From assembly GCA_046347205.1 (NCBI GenBank), contig JAXMGN010000001.1, positions 750,035 through 814,034 of the forward strand: a stretch of 64,000 nt of DNA, in the 5' to 3' direction. The stretch comes from Pseudomonadales bacterium (lineage in GTDB: Bacteria > Pseudomonadota > Gammaproteobacteria > Pseudomonadales > UBA7239). Both the position numbers and the translations under genes were made by a program. Under the pieces are notes generated by a model. It searched no databases, was not told the DNA's origin, and saw only the letters and a program-made list of their open reading frames with translations. This document shows, in pieces, positions 9,822-19,545 of this stretch. Every line of letters begins with the position of its first letter. Positions within the stretch are counted from its first letter, which is position 1.

Positions 9822-11078
9822 TTACGCTTTTTTGCCAAACGCTCCTTTGGCTTCCATCGCAGCGATTTTTGCATCGTCGTAATTCAACACGCGCTTGAGA
9901 ATTTCATCGCGGTGTTGTCCCGGTGTCGGCGCTTTAGTTGGCACTGGCAATTCTTCACCGACAAAATGCACGGGATAGCTCATCATGTCAGCACCGTGCG
10001 TTTCGTGCGGATACCATTTGAAGCGCGCTTTGAAATGCTCGTCTTCCATTACAGTTTCTGAGTTATAGACTGGCGCAATCGGCGTTTTCACTTCTACGCC
10101 CCAATCCATCCACTCTTTGATGGTTTTGGTTTTGAAAATTTGGGTCAACTCGCGCTGCATTTCTTTGTTGCCTGGCGCGTGGTCGGCGAGTTTTTTGCCC
10201 GGCCATTTTTCAAACATATCCATGCGATTGAGTGCTTCGCAGAAGTTTTTCCAGAACGATTGCTCGGATGCCATGAATAACACATAACCGTCTTTACATT
10301 CGTAGGCTTGGTAGCGCACGCCTTCTTTCAAACCAGCAGTGCCGACTGGGCGGCGGCGGAAATCATCGGCCGCGTTGCCGGTCACTTCCGATTGCGGGCG
10401 CTGATAGGCTTTGTAGCTCTCGATGCGATACCAGTCCATGTAGGCCGCGCCGTCGGACTGACCGATCTCTACCAAAGCGCCTTCGCCGGTGTCGCGCGCG
10501 CGCATTACCGCCGCCAGTGCCGCAAACGCGCCCAATAACGGGCCAGCGTGCATGCCGATAGACGCGTGTGCTGGCAAGTACACCATGCCCTCTTCGTCGC
10601 GCGCTGGCTCTACGCAGCCCGCCCAAGTGTCATAGGCCACACCGTGTGAAGGCATGTTTTCGTAAGGGCCGGTCATGCCGTAGCCGGAGACGCAGCAGAA
10701 CACGATTTTAGGGTTCACTTTTTTCAGATCTTCGAAGCCGAGACCCAAGCGATCCAGCGTGCCAGGCTTCATCGCTTCGATGATGATGTCAGCGTCTTTG
10801 ATCAGACCTTGGAAAATTTCTTTGCCTTCTGGTGTTTTCAGATCCAACTCAATGGATTTCTTGCCGCGCGCGATGTGCCAGTGCAGCAGAGAGATGCCTT
10901 CCACGATGGGCCAAGTCATCACGCGCACATAGTCGCCGCCAGGCACTTCAACTTTGATGACATCCGCGCCCAGTTCGGCGAAATGGTGAGCAGTCGCGCC
11001 AGGGCCGAGGATAGAAAAATCGATCACGCGCAGGCCGGCGAGGGGCGCAGGTTTTTGACCAGAGCTAGAAGTGCTCAT
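9822..11078 (-). CDS. CoA-transferase family III (CaiB/BaiF) protein
   Basis: LAGLRVIDFSILGPGA..., the GADVIKVE motif and overall length fit family III CoA transferases. The ATG at 11078 (MSTSSS) is preceded by GGAGA. Confidence 0.85.
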   Translation of the reverse strand: MSTSSSGQKPAPLAGLRVIDFSILGPGATAHHFAELGADVIKVEVPGGDYVRVMTWPIVEGISLLHWHIARGKKSIELDLKTPEGKEIFQGLIKDADIIIEAMKPGTLDRLGLGFEDLKKVNPKIVFCCVSGYGMTGPYENMPSHGVAYDTWAGCVEPARDEEGMVYLPAHASIGMHAGPLLGAFAALAAVMRARDTGEGALVEIGQSDGAAYMDWYRIESYKAYQRPQSEVTGNAADDFRRRPVGTAGLKEGVRYQAYECKDGYVLFMASEQSFWKNFCEALNRMDMFEKWPGKKLADHAPGNKEMQRELTQIFKTKTIKEWMDWGVEVKTPIAPVYNSETVMEDEHFKARFKWYPHETHGADMMSYPVHFVGEELPVPTKAPTPGQHRDEILKRVLNYDDAKIAAMEAKGAFGKKA

Positions 11079-11286
11079 GCAGTTCTCCATTGATTTCATA
11101 GGGATTTATGGGGCGGGGGTGCGCCCGCAAAGGGCTGGGCATTGTACTCGCTAGTTGCGGTTTTTTGCGGTGCGCGCGCGATTTTCACTGTGTCGGGCAT
11201 TCAGGTAAGATAGCCACCCCGCCTGCATGGGCGTTGTTCTACTTCCTTTCTGACATCGGAGATCGGCCACCGCCGACAGGAACACA

Positions 11287-12870
11287 ATGAGCGCAATCGA
11301 AGATACCAAGGTTTACAGCGAACTGACCTCAGCCGCATTGATTGAACAAGCACTGCTGCGCCGTGAAGGCACACTGACTAACACGGGCGCGCTGTTGATT
11401 ACTACAGGCAAACGCTCTGGGCGTTCTCCTAGCGACCGTTTTGTGGTGCAAGAGCCATCAACGGCAGACGCTATCGATTGGGGCAATGTCAATCGCCCGT
11501 TCCCGCAAGATAAATTCAATGCACTGTGGGATCGCGTTGAAGCGTATCTCGCGCAAAAAGATCGTTTCTCGTCACAGTTGCATGTCGGCGCGCACGACGA
11601 ACATTACATTCCCGTTAAAGTGAACACAGAAACCGCGTGGCAGGCATTGTTTGCACGCAACATGTTTATCCGCCCTGAAAAATACAATCCAAAAGGCAAA
11701 GAAGAGTGGACGATTTTGAATGTCGCTTCTTTTCAGTGTGATCCCGCACGCGATGGCACCAATTCTGACGGCATCGTTTGCTTGAATTTCGCCAGCCGCC
11801 GCGTGCTGATTGCTGGTATGCGTTACGCCGGTGAAATGAAAAAAGCGATGTTCTCGGTACAAAACTTTTTGTTGCCAGAAAAAGATGTCATGCCTATGCA
11901 TTGCTCGGCGAATGTCGGTGAAGCGGGCGATGTGGCCTTGTTTTTTGGGTTGTCTGGCACAGGCAAAACGACTTTGTCTGCTGACCCTGCACGCTATTTG
12001 ATCGGCGACGACGAGCACGGTTGGGCAAAAGGCGCTGTGTTCAATATCGAAGGCGGCTGCTACGCAAAAACTGTCGATTTGTCACAAAAAAACGAGCCTG
12101 TGATTTGGGATGCGATTCGTTTTGGCAGCATCGTGGAAAATGTGCATGTCGATAGCAGTCGCCAAGCGCATTACAGCAATTTAGAAATTACTGACACCAT
12201 CGACGGCCAAACGCGCAATGTGGAAAACGGCCGCTGCTCTTATCCCTTAGAGCATGTAGCGAAGCGCACTGTGGCGAATGCTGCCGGCGAACCGAAAGTC
12301 GTGATTTTCTTAACGTGCGATGTGTCTGGCGTATTGCCACCCGTTTCTATTTTGTCGAAAGAAGCAGCGGCGTATCACTTTTTGTCGGGCTACACCGCGC
12401 GCGTCGGCTCTACCGAAGTGGGCGCAGCTCCTGGCATTCAACCGGCATTTTCTACCTGCTTTGGCGCACCGTTTATGCCGCGTCGTCCGATGGAATACGC
12501 GAAGTTGTTGATGAAGCGCGTGGAAGATTTCGGCTCGCAAGTTTATTTGGTGAACACCGGTTGGACTGGCGGTGCCGGTGGTCCTGGCGGCAAAGGTCAT
12601 CGCTTCCCGATTCCGGTTACGCGCGCCATCGTCAACGCCTGCTTGAGCGGTGAATTGCTGAAAGGTGACACCGAACAGTTGGAGCATTTGAATCTGACGG
12701 TGCCTAAAGCCATTAAAGATGTGGATAGCAAATACCTCAACCCGCGCAACGCGTGGGCAGACAAAGCCGAGTACGATGCGCAAGCGAAAAAACTCGCTGG
12801 TCTGTTCCAAGAAAACATCAAAAAGTTTGATGTTAGCGAGGCGGTACTCAACGCGGGACCCAAGGCGTAA
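11287..12870 (+). CDS. pckA: phosphoenolpyruvate carboxykinase (ATP)
   Basis: 527 aa. It has the kinase-1a loop [19 protein letters not shown] and NIEGGCYAK. Confidence 0.95.
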   Translation: MSAIEDTKVYSELTSAALIEQALLRREGTLTNTGALLITTGKRSGRSPSDRFVVQEPSTADAIDWGNVNRPFPQDKFNALWDRVEAYLAQKDRFSSQLHVGAHDEHYIPVKVNTETAWQALFARNMFIRPEKYNPKGKEEWTILNVASFQCDPARDGTNSDGIVCLNFASRRVLIAGMRYAGEMKKAMFSVQNFLLPEKDVMPMHCSANVGEAGDVALFFGLSGTGKTTLSADPARYLIGDDEHGWAKGAVFNIEGGCYAKTVDLSQKNEPVIWDAIRFGSIVENVHVDSSRQAHYSNLEITDTIDGQTRNVENGRCSYPLEHVAKRTVANAAGEPKVVIFLTCDVSGVLPPVSILSKEAAAYHFLSGYTARVGSTEVGAAPGIQPAFSTCFGAPFMPRRPMEYAKLLMKRVEDFGSQVYLVNTGWTGGAGGPGGKGHRFPIPVTRAIVNACLSGELLKGDTEQLEHLNLTVPKAIKDVDSKYLNPRNAWADKAEYDAQAKKLAGLFQENIKKFDVSEAVLNAGPKA

Positions 12871-12904
12871 CTGCCGCAACCTGCTGTTTAGGTTCTGCAC
12901 ACAA

Positions 12905-12934
12905 AACGCCCCGCATGCGGGGCGTTCTTGTTTC
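12905..12934 (+). terminator. intrinsic terminator after pckA
   Basis: AACGCCCCgcatgcGGGGCGTT is followed by cttgtttc. Confidence 0.8.
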
Positions 12935-12985
12935 TGGATGCCGCTATACTGCGCGTAAACCTATTTGTTGATGGTGCAATCCGTG

Positions 12986-14524
12986 ATGCGCAACTCCCAC
13001 CGTTTTTTTCTCGCTCTCTGCCTGCTATTTTTTGGTATTACTGCTGCGGTGCAAGCTGCACCTGATGACAAAGATGGCGATCGCCTCAGCGATGCATTGG
13101 AACAAACCGTGGGACGTAACCCAGAGCGCCCTGATTATCTCATCAGCACCGGCTATCGCCGCAGTTGTGCGCTGGATGACAGCGGCGTGCAGTGTTGGGG
13201 CGATGAACCGCGCATGGGTATCACGCCCGGATTTAGTCACCCGTTTGTACTCAGTGTTAGCAATACCCACGCCTGCGTGATTGGTGACAACGGCGTGCAA
13301 TGTTGGGGCGACAACACGCACGGCGAAACCACTGTGCCGCCACTCAACAAACCGGAAGCCGTGAGTGCCGGTTGGTATCACAGTTGTGCCGTTGATGCGA
13401 AAGGCGTGAAGTGTTGGGGCGATAACAGTCGCGGCCAATTGGATGTGCCGAAAAAATTAAAAAATGTAAAACAAATTGCCGCGGGTGGATTTCACACCTG
13501 TGCGTTGGATGAAAAAGGTGTGACCTGTTGGGGCGATAACTGGGCGCATCAATTGGATGTGCCGGCGTTGGTGAATCCACATCAAATTACATCAGGCAAT
13601 CATCACAGTTGCGCCTTGGATGATCGCGGTGTCGTGTGTTGGGGTGATATTTATTTTGATGAAACCGAACGCAATCCCGATGTGATGAAAAATTATAAAA
13701 CACGCGTGGTGCCATTGCTGCAAAATCCGCGACAAGTCAGCGCCGGTTTCGATCACACTTGCGCAGTGGATGACAGCGGCGTGGTGTGTTGGGGTGCGCG
13801 CGATCGCGGGCAGTCCGATCCACCGAAAGATTTATTAAAACCACCGGTGGCAGCGATCAGCGCGGGTTGGTACAGCACTTGTGCACTGGATGCGGTCGGC
13901 GTGAAATGTTGGGGCGACAACACCAATAAACAAACCGAAGTGCCGCCTTTGTTTTTTGATGCGGATCGCGATGGCATTCCCGACGACAAAGACAATTGCC
14001 CACATATCGCCAATCCGGATCAGCTGGACACCGACAAAGATGGACAAGGTGACGCCTGCGATCCTGATGACGATAACGACGGCGTAGCCGATGATTTGGA
14101 TAATTGCCCATTAGTGGCCAATCCAGACCAAAAAGATAGCGATGGCGATAAAGTGGGCGACGCTTGCGATGCTTTTCCCAATGATCCGACAGAGTGGTCT
14201 GACAGGGACGGCGACGGTGTCGGTGACAACCGCGACAACTGTCCTGATGTCGCCAATCCCGATCAAAAAGATACGGATGGCGATAAAATTGGCGATGCCT
14301 GTGACACCGATAACGACAATGACGGTGTGCCAGACGACAAAGACAATTGCCCTCTGGTTGCGAATCGCGATCAAAAAGATACTGACAAAGATGGGATGGG
14401 CGATGCTTGTGACGACGACGATGACAACGACGGCATTCCCGATAAGCAAGATAAAGAGCCGTTAAAACCGGCGAAAAAGAAAGCACCGACAAAAACAGCA
14501 GCAAAAATCGGTGTGTCGCAGTAA
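12986..14524 (+). CDS. secreted protein with RCC1-like beta-propeller repeats and C-terminal thrombospondin type-3 (calcium-binding) repeats
   Basis: Signal peptide is [26 protein letters not shown]. There are seven repeats centred on V.CWGDN..GQ..VP with HSCAL/HTCAL strands, an RCC1/ATS1-like pattern. Repeated D.D.DG..D..DNCP...N.DQ.D.D.D..GD.CD units follow. Upstream alternative starts exist at 12965 and 12971. Confidence 0.8.
   Translation: MRNSHRFFLALCLLFFGITAAVQAAPDDKDGDRLSDALEQTVGRNPERPDYLISTGYRRSCALDDSGVQCWGDEPRMGITPGFSHPFVLSVSNTHACVIGDNGVQCWGDNTHGETTVPPLNKPEAVSAGWYHSCAVDAKGVKCWGDNSRGQLDVPKKLKNVKQIAAGGFHTCALDEKGVTCWGDNWAHQLDVPALVNPHQITSGNHHSCALDDRGVVCWGDIYFDETERNPDVMKNYKTRVVPLLQNPRQVSAGFDHTCAVDDSGVVCWGARDRGQSDPPKDLLKPPVAAISAGWYSTCALDAVGVKCWGDNTNKQTEVPPLFFDADRDGIPDDKDNCPHIANPDQLDTDKDGQGDACDPDDDNDGVADDLDNCPLVANPDQKDSDGDKVGDACDAFPNDPTEWSDRDGDGVGDNRDNCPDVANPDQKDTDGDKIGDACDTDNDNDGVPDDKDNCPLVANRDQKDTDKDGMGDACDDDDDNDGIPDKQDKEPLKPAKKKAPTKTAAKIGVSQ
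13958..14452 (+). repeat. intragenic tandem coding repeats (TSP type-3 units)
   Basis: Units recur at DNA level, for example gacaattgccc...gccaatcc.gatcaaaaagata..gatggcgataaa.t.ggcgatgc.tg.ga. They encode the DNCPxxANPDQKDxDGDKxGDACD repeats. Confidence 0.8.
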
Positions 14525-14537
14525 CAAAAAAATAGCA

Positions 14538-16406
14538 TTAAAAAAAACTGCGCAGGGAGATCAGAAACTGGTCGCGTTGCGCAGCATACGTTTCCTGATG
14601 TGCGTATGAAAAATAAACCGACAGATCGCGCGTCAAGCGATAGCCCGCTTCTGTTTGAAAAGTCGTGAGCTTGTCGCTGTCATTGATTAAATAATATTGC
14701 TGACTCATATCGGCAGACCAACTCCAATACGGCGTTTGATACAGCAAGCCCGCGCGTGCGCCGGCGCGCATATCCCAAGCGTGATCGAGCGCGCTACCCG
14801 TGAGTGCGCCGCCGATAATTTCTGCATGACACAACAGGTTGCCACAGTTTTTGGTGATGCCGCGATAACCTTCGGCAATATTGACCAGTGATGTTTTCTC
14901 GTGAATCAACTCGCGTTGCCGCGCTGCTGACAGCCCCCACGAAGCATCTTGAAAAAAAACATCGGAAGGATTGTAAGACTGCACAGCAAACCAGCGTATG
15001 CGATCGAGACTGACGCGATCATCGTGTTGATACGGGTCTAGTCGCAGTTGAAAATCCAGCACTTCCAATTGCACGCCTTTTTGAAAGGCGGGCAGCGGAT
15101 CGTGAAAATCGTGATAGGCAAAACGCCCGCCAAGAACAAGATAATCTTTGCCGCTATCGTGCTGCCAACCCGTTTGTAAACGCAGCATGTCGTGCCCATC
15201 GGTGGTGGGTTCCGCTGCTGTGATAGGCGTTTTTACTGCTGGCACGGAGTTTTTTATTTGATACTGGTGCTGCACAAGTTGGTTCACTTGTAAATTGTGT
15301 GGCGCTTTTTTTGCAGGGTCTACTTGCACTTGAATACTGCGGTAATTTTCTGCCAGTGCCAACACTGTGCTGTCGTTAACATTGTCCAGTGTCGCAGGAG
15401 TTTTTAGCAGTTTTTTGAATGCTACTTGTTGTGAAGGCGTGAGCTGCGCCAGTTGTGCGTAAAAACGCTTTCTGGCGGAGGGAATGTATTGTGTATTAGC
15501 AATCAAGCCCTGTGCTTGCAATGCTTTGACGGTATCAACAGGAATAGTATGAGTGGTAAATTGTGTGCGTAAGTTATGCGTCGGTGTGATGACATCCAAC
15601 AAGGAAATTAAACGGTAAGAGCAATTTTCATCGAGAAAAAAATAATTGAAGCTGCTACCGCGTACCTCCCACACATGATCGACAAACAGGCGAACTTTTT
15701 CTGGCGTGAATGTAAGACGGTATTCGCGTATGTCGCGGTCTTGGTCGTCGCTGTAAGCGCGCAATTTTTCAAAGTAAGGTGCCAAATCAATAATGCCAGG
15801 AAAATGCCCAGTCAAACCTTTGGCGATATAGCGCACGGTACTGTTGTCTGCAGCGCCCACGTCAGCGTAGTAACTGATGGTTTGTGACAGTAATACGGGG
15901 TGAGTATTTTTGTCACGTGCGTCGATGCGCAAAAAGGTATGCCCGAAAATAGAGGCAATTTTTTTTAGATAAGGATCTGGGTACACCAGTGTAATTTCTT
16001 CGGCAGAAAAACGGCTGCGCCAGTAATCCAGAGCAGAGCAGTGCAGATTTTCTGGTTTGTGCAGAGAAAAATATTGTGTCAAAAACTGCGCGCGCGCTGG
16101 AAAACGACACCAAGCGCTGCCATTCCCTTCAATGGGTGAACGCAATGCCTGTAGTGTGGCATTCAGTTCTGCTTCACTGTCGTCTTTCTTGCCAGAAAGA
16201 AAAAAATCTTTAGCATCCACTTCGCTGTGATAAGTGCCGGTGAGCGCATTTTTTTGCATATGCAGCAGAGCCAACCATTGCGGTGCAGTAGCCAAGGACG
16301 CAAGAGCAGTCGGCGGCATCGTGCTTGCCTGTACGCGCGCACAACACAGCAAGCCCGGCGCAGCGCAAGCAAGGTATAGGCAGAATACGGTGAGGCAATG
16401 GCGCAT
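14538..16406 (-). CDS. DUF4105 (Lnb N-terminal periplasmic domain) family protein
   Basis: The block IFGHTFLRID...ISYYADV...YIAKGLTGHFPG...FFLDENCSYRL matches my recollection of DUF4105. I chose the ATG at 16406 (MRHCLTVFCLYLACAAPGLLCCARVQA, signal-like) over the GTG at 16451. Confidence 0.65.
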   Translation of the reverse strand: MRHCLTVFCLYLACAAPGLLCCARVQASTMPPTALASLATAPQWLALLHMQKNALTGTYHSEVDAKDFFLSGKKDDSEAELNATLQALRSPIEGNGSAWCRFPARAQFLTQYFSLHKPENLHCSALDYWRSRFSAEEITLVYPDPYLKKIASIFGHTFLRIDARDKNTHPVLLSQTISYYADVGAADNSTVRYIAKGLTGHFPGIIDLAPYFEKLRAYSDDQDRDIREYRLTFTPEKVRLFVDHVWEVRGSSFNYFFLDENCSYRLISLLDVITPTHNLRTQFTTHTIPVDTVKALQAQGLIANTQYIPSARKRFYAQLAQLTPSQQVAFKKLLKTPATLDNVNDSTVLALAENYRSIQVQVDPAKKAPHNLQVNQLVQHQYQIKNSVPAVKTPITAAEPTTDGHDMLRLQTGWQHDSGKDYLVLGGRFAYHDFHDPLPAFQKGVQLEVLDFQLRLDPYQHDDRVSLDRIRWFAVQSYNPSDVFFQDASWGLSAARQRELIHEKTSLVNIAEGYRGITKNCGNLLCHAEIIGGALTGSALDHAWDMRAGARAGLLYQTPYWSWSADMSQQYYLINDSDKLTTFQTEAGYRLTRDLSVYFSYAHQETYAAQRDQFLISLRSFF

Positions 16407-16469
16407 AAAGAATTGACAGAAAACACGAAGGCAGTATTGTAGCGATAACACAGCTTATGCAGAGATGTT

Positions 16470-16877
16470 ATGCGGCTTCATGGTTTTTTTCGTGCAATAG
16501 GGCTGCTGTGTGCAGGCGTGGCATCTTCTGCCGTAGCAGATAACTGTGTGTTGCGCCCCCTTGCCGAATCCATGCAGCGGCCCGCTGTGCGCGCCGATGA
16601 ACCGCAGCACACAGAATGGGAATACCGCCGCCAACTCCTGCGTTTTGCCAACGGTTTTTACGGTGCAATCTCACAAGATATTTTGCGTGGCAACGGAGAA
16701 TATTTACAAACTTTGCAGCAATTGATGGGTTCAGAAGGTGAGCCGTGTGTGCCTATGTACCGTCAGCTGTTGCTGCAAGAACCCAGCAGCCAAGATTTTG
16801 CTCTAGCGCTGTGGTCGTGGCGCATAAACCACGGTGCTAACACTGCGCCAGCGCAGGATTGGGGCAGCGTGCATTAG
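16470..16877 (+). CDS. hypothetical secreted protein
   Basis: 135 aa with signal peptide MRLHGFFRAIGLLCAGVASSAVA/DN. It is divergent from the DUF4105 gene. The segment RGNGEYLQTLQQLMG faintly recalls DUF3015, which is not enough for a call. Confidence 0.45.
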   Translation: MRLHGFFRAIGLLCAGVASSAVADNCVLRPLAESMQRPAVRADEPQHTEWEYRRQLLRFANGFYGAISQDILRGNGEYLQTLQQLMGSEGEPCVPMYRQLLLQEPSSQDFALALWSWRINHGANTAPAQDWGSVH

Positions 16878-16942
16878 CTCCATAGGCAAGCTATGAATAG
16901 GTGTGATAAGTTTCAAACCAATCATCAGAAAAAGGTTGTTTT

Positions 16943-17425
16943 ATGCCAGTGCAGTACGGAACCAAACGCAGAGTGCCGCCAACGAAAGTGCTGAATGGAA
17001 AGGCGGCGTTAGCTTATGTGGATGATGTCGCCATCATGATTACCACCATCGAAAAATGGACAGACAAAGACATTGTGCAATTAATGGAAGAGAGCGCGCG
17101 TCTGGGCAAGCGCGTTACTGCGCCGGCGGCGATTACGCATTTTATGGGCGAGACTTTGGGCGCAGCGGCTTCACAGCGCAAGTTAGTGGTGGACTGGATG
17201 GCGACCAATAATATCGACCCTACGCCGCGCACCATCACCATGACCGATTCTGCCTTGATACGCGCCGCGTTGACGGCGTATTCGTGGCTCACCAAAACCG
17301 AGATGAAAGCGTTCGCGCAAAAAGATTTGCTGACTGGATGTCAGTGGTTAGTGCGCGATTTAGAGACAAAACCTGAGGATGTTTTACAAGCTGTGCAGGG
17401 CTGTTACAAGTTATTAGGCAAATAA
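16943..17425 (+). CDS. uncharacterised ~160-aa protein, paralog 1 of 3
   Basis: Shares with the next two ORFs the blocks GKA..A.V.DV..I...I.KW, QRKL...W, R.ITM.DS.LIR..LTAYSWLTKTE.KAFA.KD and LLGK. Confidence 0.7.
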   Translation: MPVQYGTKRRVPPTKVLNGKAALAYVDDVAIMITTIEKWTDKDIVQLMEESARLGKRVTAPAAITHFMGETLGAAASQRKLVVDWMATNNIDPTPRTITMTDSALIRAALTAYSWLTKTEMKAFAQKDLLTGCQWLVRDLETKPEDVLQAVQGCYKLLGK

Positions 17426-17439
17426 AGCAGGTAACAATT

Positions 17440-17925
17440 ATGTCCAGTTATGATTATTCCAAGACAGTGGTTAAACCCACCTTGCTACTAAAAGGTAAAG
17501 CTTGTTTTGCACAGGTACATGATGTCACGTTGATCGTTAGTGATATTCCAAAATGGAGCAATGAGTTGGTGCTGGAATATCTCAATGGCATGATAAAAAT
17601 TGGCGGCGGTGTGTCTGTTCCTGCTAGCGCCGCCATTTTTTTGGGCGATAGCTTTGATGCCGGGCAGCGCAAATTGTCTGCAGACTGGATTGCCGAGAAC
17701 GGGTTTGAGCCGGCAAAACGCATCACCATGATTTCGGATTCGCTGTTAATTCGCGGCTCGTTAACAGCGTATTCGTGGTTGACGAAAACCGAAGCCAAAG
17801 CATTCGCCATGAAAGATCACGCGGCTATGTGCGATTGGATAGCTAGGGGAAGAATAGCTAAAGCAGAGGATATTCACGCGGCACTACTGGCATCTTTCCA
17901 GTTGCTAGGAAAGAAGTTGCCGTAA
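17440..17925 (+). CDS. uncharacterised ~160-aa protein, paralog 2 of 3
   Basis: 161 aa. The start lies 14 nt after paralog 1. By eye it is roughly three quarters identical to paralog 3. Confidence 0.7.
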   Translation: MSSYDYSKTVVKPTLLLKGKACFAQVHDVTLIVSDIPKWSNELVLEYLNGMIKIGGGVSVPASAAIFLGDSFDAGQRKLSADWIAENGFEPAKRITMISDSLLIRGSLTAYSWLTKTEAKAFAMKDHAAMCDWIARGRIAKAEDIHAALLASFQLLGKKLP

Positions 17926-17999
17926 CATTGGCCATTGCGTAAAAAAACGTCTCAGACTGATCGAACAACGAAATAAAAAATGCTGGGGATATTCGAGAA

Positions 18000-18488
18000 A
18001 TGCTGAGTGACGCTGAATACAGCAAAATAGCGGTTAAACCCACCGCCCTGCTAAAAGGCAAGGCGTGCTTTGCGCAAATACATGATGTCACCATGATTGT
18101 CAGCACCATTCCCAAATGGAACGATGCGCTGGTGTTGGAGTATCTCAACGAAGTTACCAAAGTGGGCGGAGGCGTGTCTGTGCCAGCCAGTGTGGCGATT
18201 TTTTTGGGCGATGTGTTTGACGCAGGGCAGCGCAAATTGGCGACAGAATGGACAACAGCTCAAGGATTTGAACCCGCAAAACGTATCACCATGATTTCTG
18301 ATTCCCTGCTCATTCGCGGCGCACTCACCGCGTATTCTTGGCTGACAAAAACTGAAGCAAAAGCATTTGCCATGAAAGACCATATGGCTATGTGCGAGTG
18401 GATTACACGCGACCGCATCGCCAAAGCACCTGATGTGCATGAAGCACTGGCAACGTCCTTTCATTTGCTGGGCAAAAAACTGGCATAA
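18000..18488 (+). CDS. uncharacterised ~160-aa protein, paralog 3 of 3
   Basis: 162 aa. Same conserved blocks as the other two copies. A strong terminator follows. Confidence 0.7.
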   Translation: MLSDAEYSKIAVKPTALLKGKACFAQIHDVTMIVSTIPKWNDALVLEYLNEVTKVGGGVSVPASVAIFLGDVFDAGQRKLATEWTTAQGFEPAKRITMISDSLLIRGALTAYSWLTKTEAKAFAMKDHMAMCEWITRDRIAKAPDVHEALATSFHLLGKKLA

Positions 18489-18520
18489 AAAAGCCGACGC
18501 GAAGTCGGCTTTTTTGTTTT
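18487..18520. terminator. bidirectional intrinsic terminator
   Basis: The sequence aaaaaaGCCGACgcgaaGTCGGCttttttgtttt lies between the convergent paralog-3 gene and the pterin-binding methyltransferase gene. Confidence 0.85.
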
Positions 18521-18539
18521 AACGCGGCGGCTAAATAAA

Positions 18540-19472
18540 TCAGCTTTCGCTGTTTTCCGCTTTAGCTGCACGGCGCGCTTCGCGTTCGGCTTTTTTGCGA
18601 GCTTTTTCTTCTTCCTGCGCTTTCTGTTCAGCCAGGCGCGCTTTTTGGTCGTCGCTCATTGGGGTGAGCAGCAAGCCATCGCGGTGCGCTTGGATATACT
18701 TGCCGCATTTCTCGTCTTCACCCATCAGCGCGCGAATGGCGTAAATCATGGCGCGCATTTCTTTCACGCGTGGGTTAATCATGAAGCCTTCCATGCCATT
18801 CGCTGCGAGCATCGCTACATAAGTGCGGTTCATCAGTGCGCGGTGTGGCATGCCGAAGCTGACGTTAGACAAACCGCAGAAGGTGCGCACTTGTGGGAAT
18901 TCGGCTTTCATCATTTGCAATAAATCAAAACTGATGGGGCCCACGTTGTCGTCTGTGCCCAGCGGCAGAATGAGCGGATCAATCCACAAATTGTGATCGG
19001 GCACGCCTGCATCGCGCGATTTCGCCACCAATTCTTTGCAGATAGCAAAACGGCCTTTGGCGGTGTGGTTGATGCCGGTGTCATCCAACAACAGGGCCAC
19101 AATGCCAGTGTTGTATTTGGCAGCCAGCGGCAACAAGTTTTGCGCGCTGCCTTTTTTATTGTTGATGGAGCTGAGTACTGGGTACTGACCTTTCCAATCA
19201 ATCGTTTCCATTGCGTGTTTGAGCGCGGGTGGGTTGGAGCTATCCAACACCATCGGAATATTAGTGACAGCGCGCACGCTTTCAATCATCCACGGCAAGT
19301 CAATCAACTCGTCGCGGCCGGTCACTTGTGCATTGAGATCCAAATAATCGGAATCTGCTTCCACTTGCTCTAAAGCAACTTTTTGGATGTAAGCAGTGTC
19401 ATGCGCTTTTACCGCATCACAAATTGCAGGAATGGTGGCGTTCAATGATTCGCCGATAACAACAACGGCCAT
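18540..19472 (-). CDS. pterin-binding methyltransferase (methyl-corrinoid:tetrahydrofolate methyltransferase, MtgA/AcsE/MetH-pterin-domain-like)
   Basis: MAVVVIGESLNATI...YLDLNA...MVLDSSNP...ICGLSNVSFGMP-type blocks are characteristic of the pterin-binding (DHPS-like) TIM barrel. GGAGAA sits 5 nt before the ATG. It carries an unusual Lys/Glu/Ala-rich C-terminal tail. Confidence 0.8.
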   Translation of the reverse strand: MAVVVIGESLNATIPAICDAVKAHDTAYIQKVALEQVEADSDYLDLNAQVTGRDELIDLPWMIESVRAVTNIPMVLDSSNPPALKHAMETIDWKGQYPVLSSINNKKGSAQNLLPLAAKYNTGIVALLLDDTGINHTAKGRFAICKELVAKSRDAGVPDHNLWIDPLILPLGTDDNVGPISFDLLQMMKAEFPQVRTFCGLSNVSFGMPHRALMNRTYVAMLAANGMEGFMINPRVKEMRAMIYAIRALMGEDEKCGKYIQAHRDGLLLTPMSDDQKARLAEQKAQEEEKARKKAEREARRAAKAENSES

Positions 19473-19510
19473 ACGGTTCTCCGTTTTCTTAACAATAAAA
19501 AGTGATAATG

Positions 19511-19545
19511 AAAATAAAAAAGGCTTCTCTCAATAGAAAGAAGCC
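19511..19545 (-). terminator. intrinsic-terminator-like hairpin inside the operon (possible attenuator/processing site)
   Basis: The minus strand reads GGCTTCTttctattgagAGAAGCC followed by TTTTTTATTTT. It lies in the 89-nt gap between the MtmB-like and pterin-binding genes. Confidence 0.55.

Larger units (their letters stand above)
16943..18488 (+). repeat. tandem gene triplication (diverged)
   Basis: Three head-to-tail copies of the same gene. Copies 2 and 3 are still alignable at the nucleotide level, for example accatgatttc.gattc.ctg.t.attcgcggc. Confidence 0.7.

Noticed and set aside
13753-14504. Several minus-strand and alternative-frame ORFs (for example 13857..14504 at 215 aa and 14111..14449)
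   Set aside because: They are artefacts of the repetitive GAT/GAC-rich TSP3 repeat DNA. The plus-strand frame gives a coherent signal-peptide protein.
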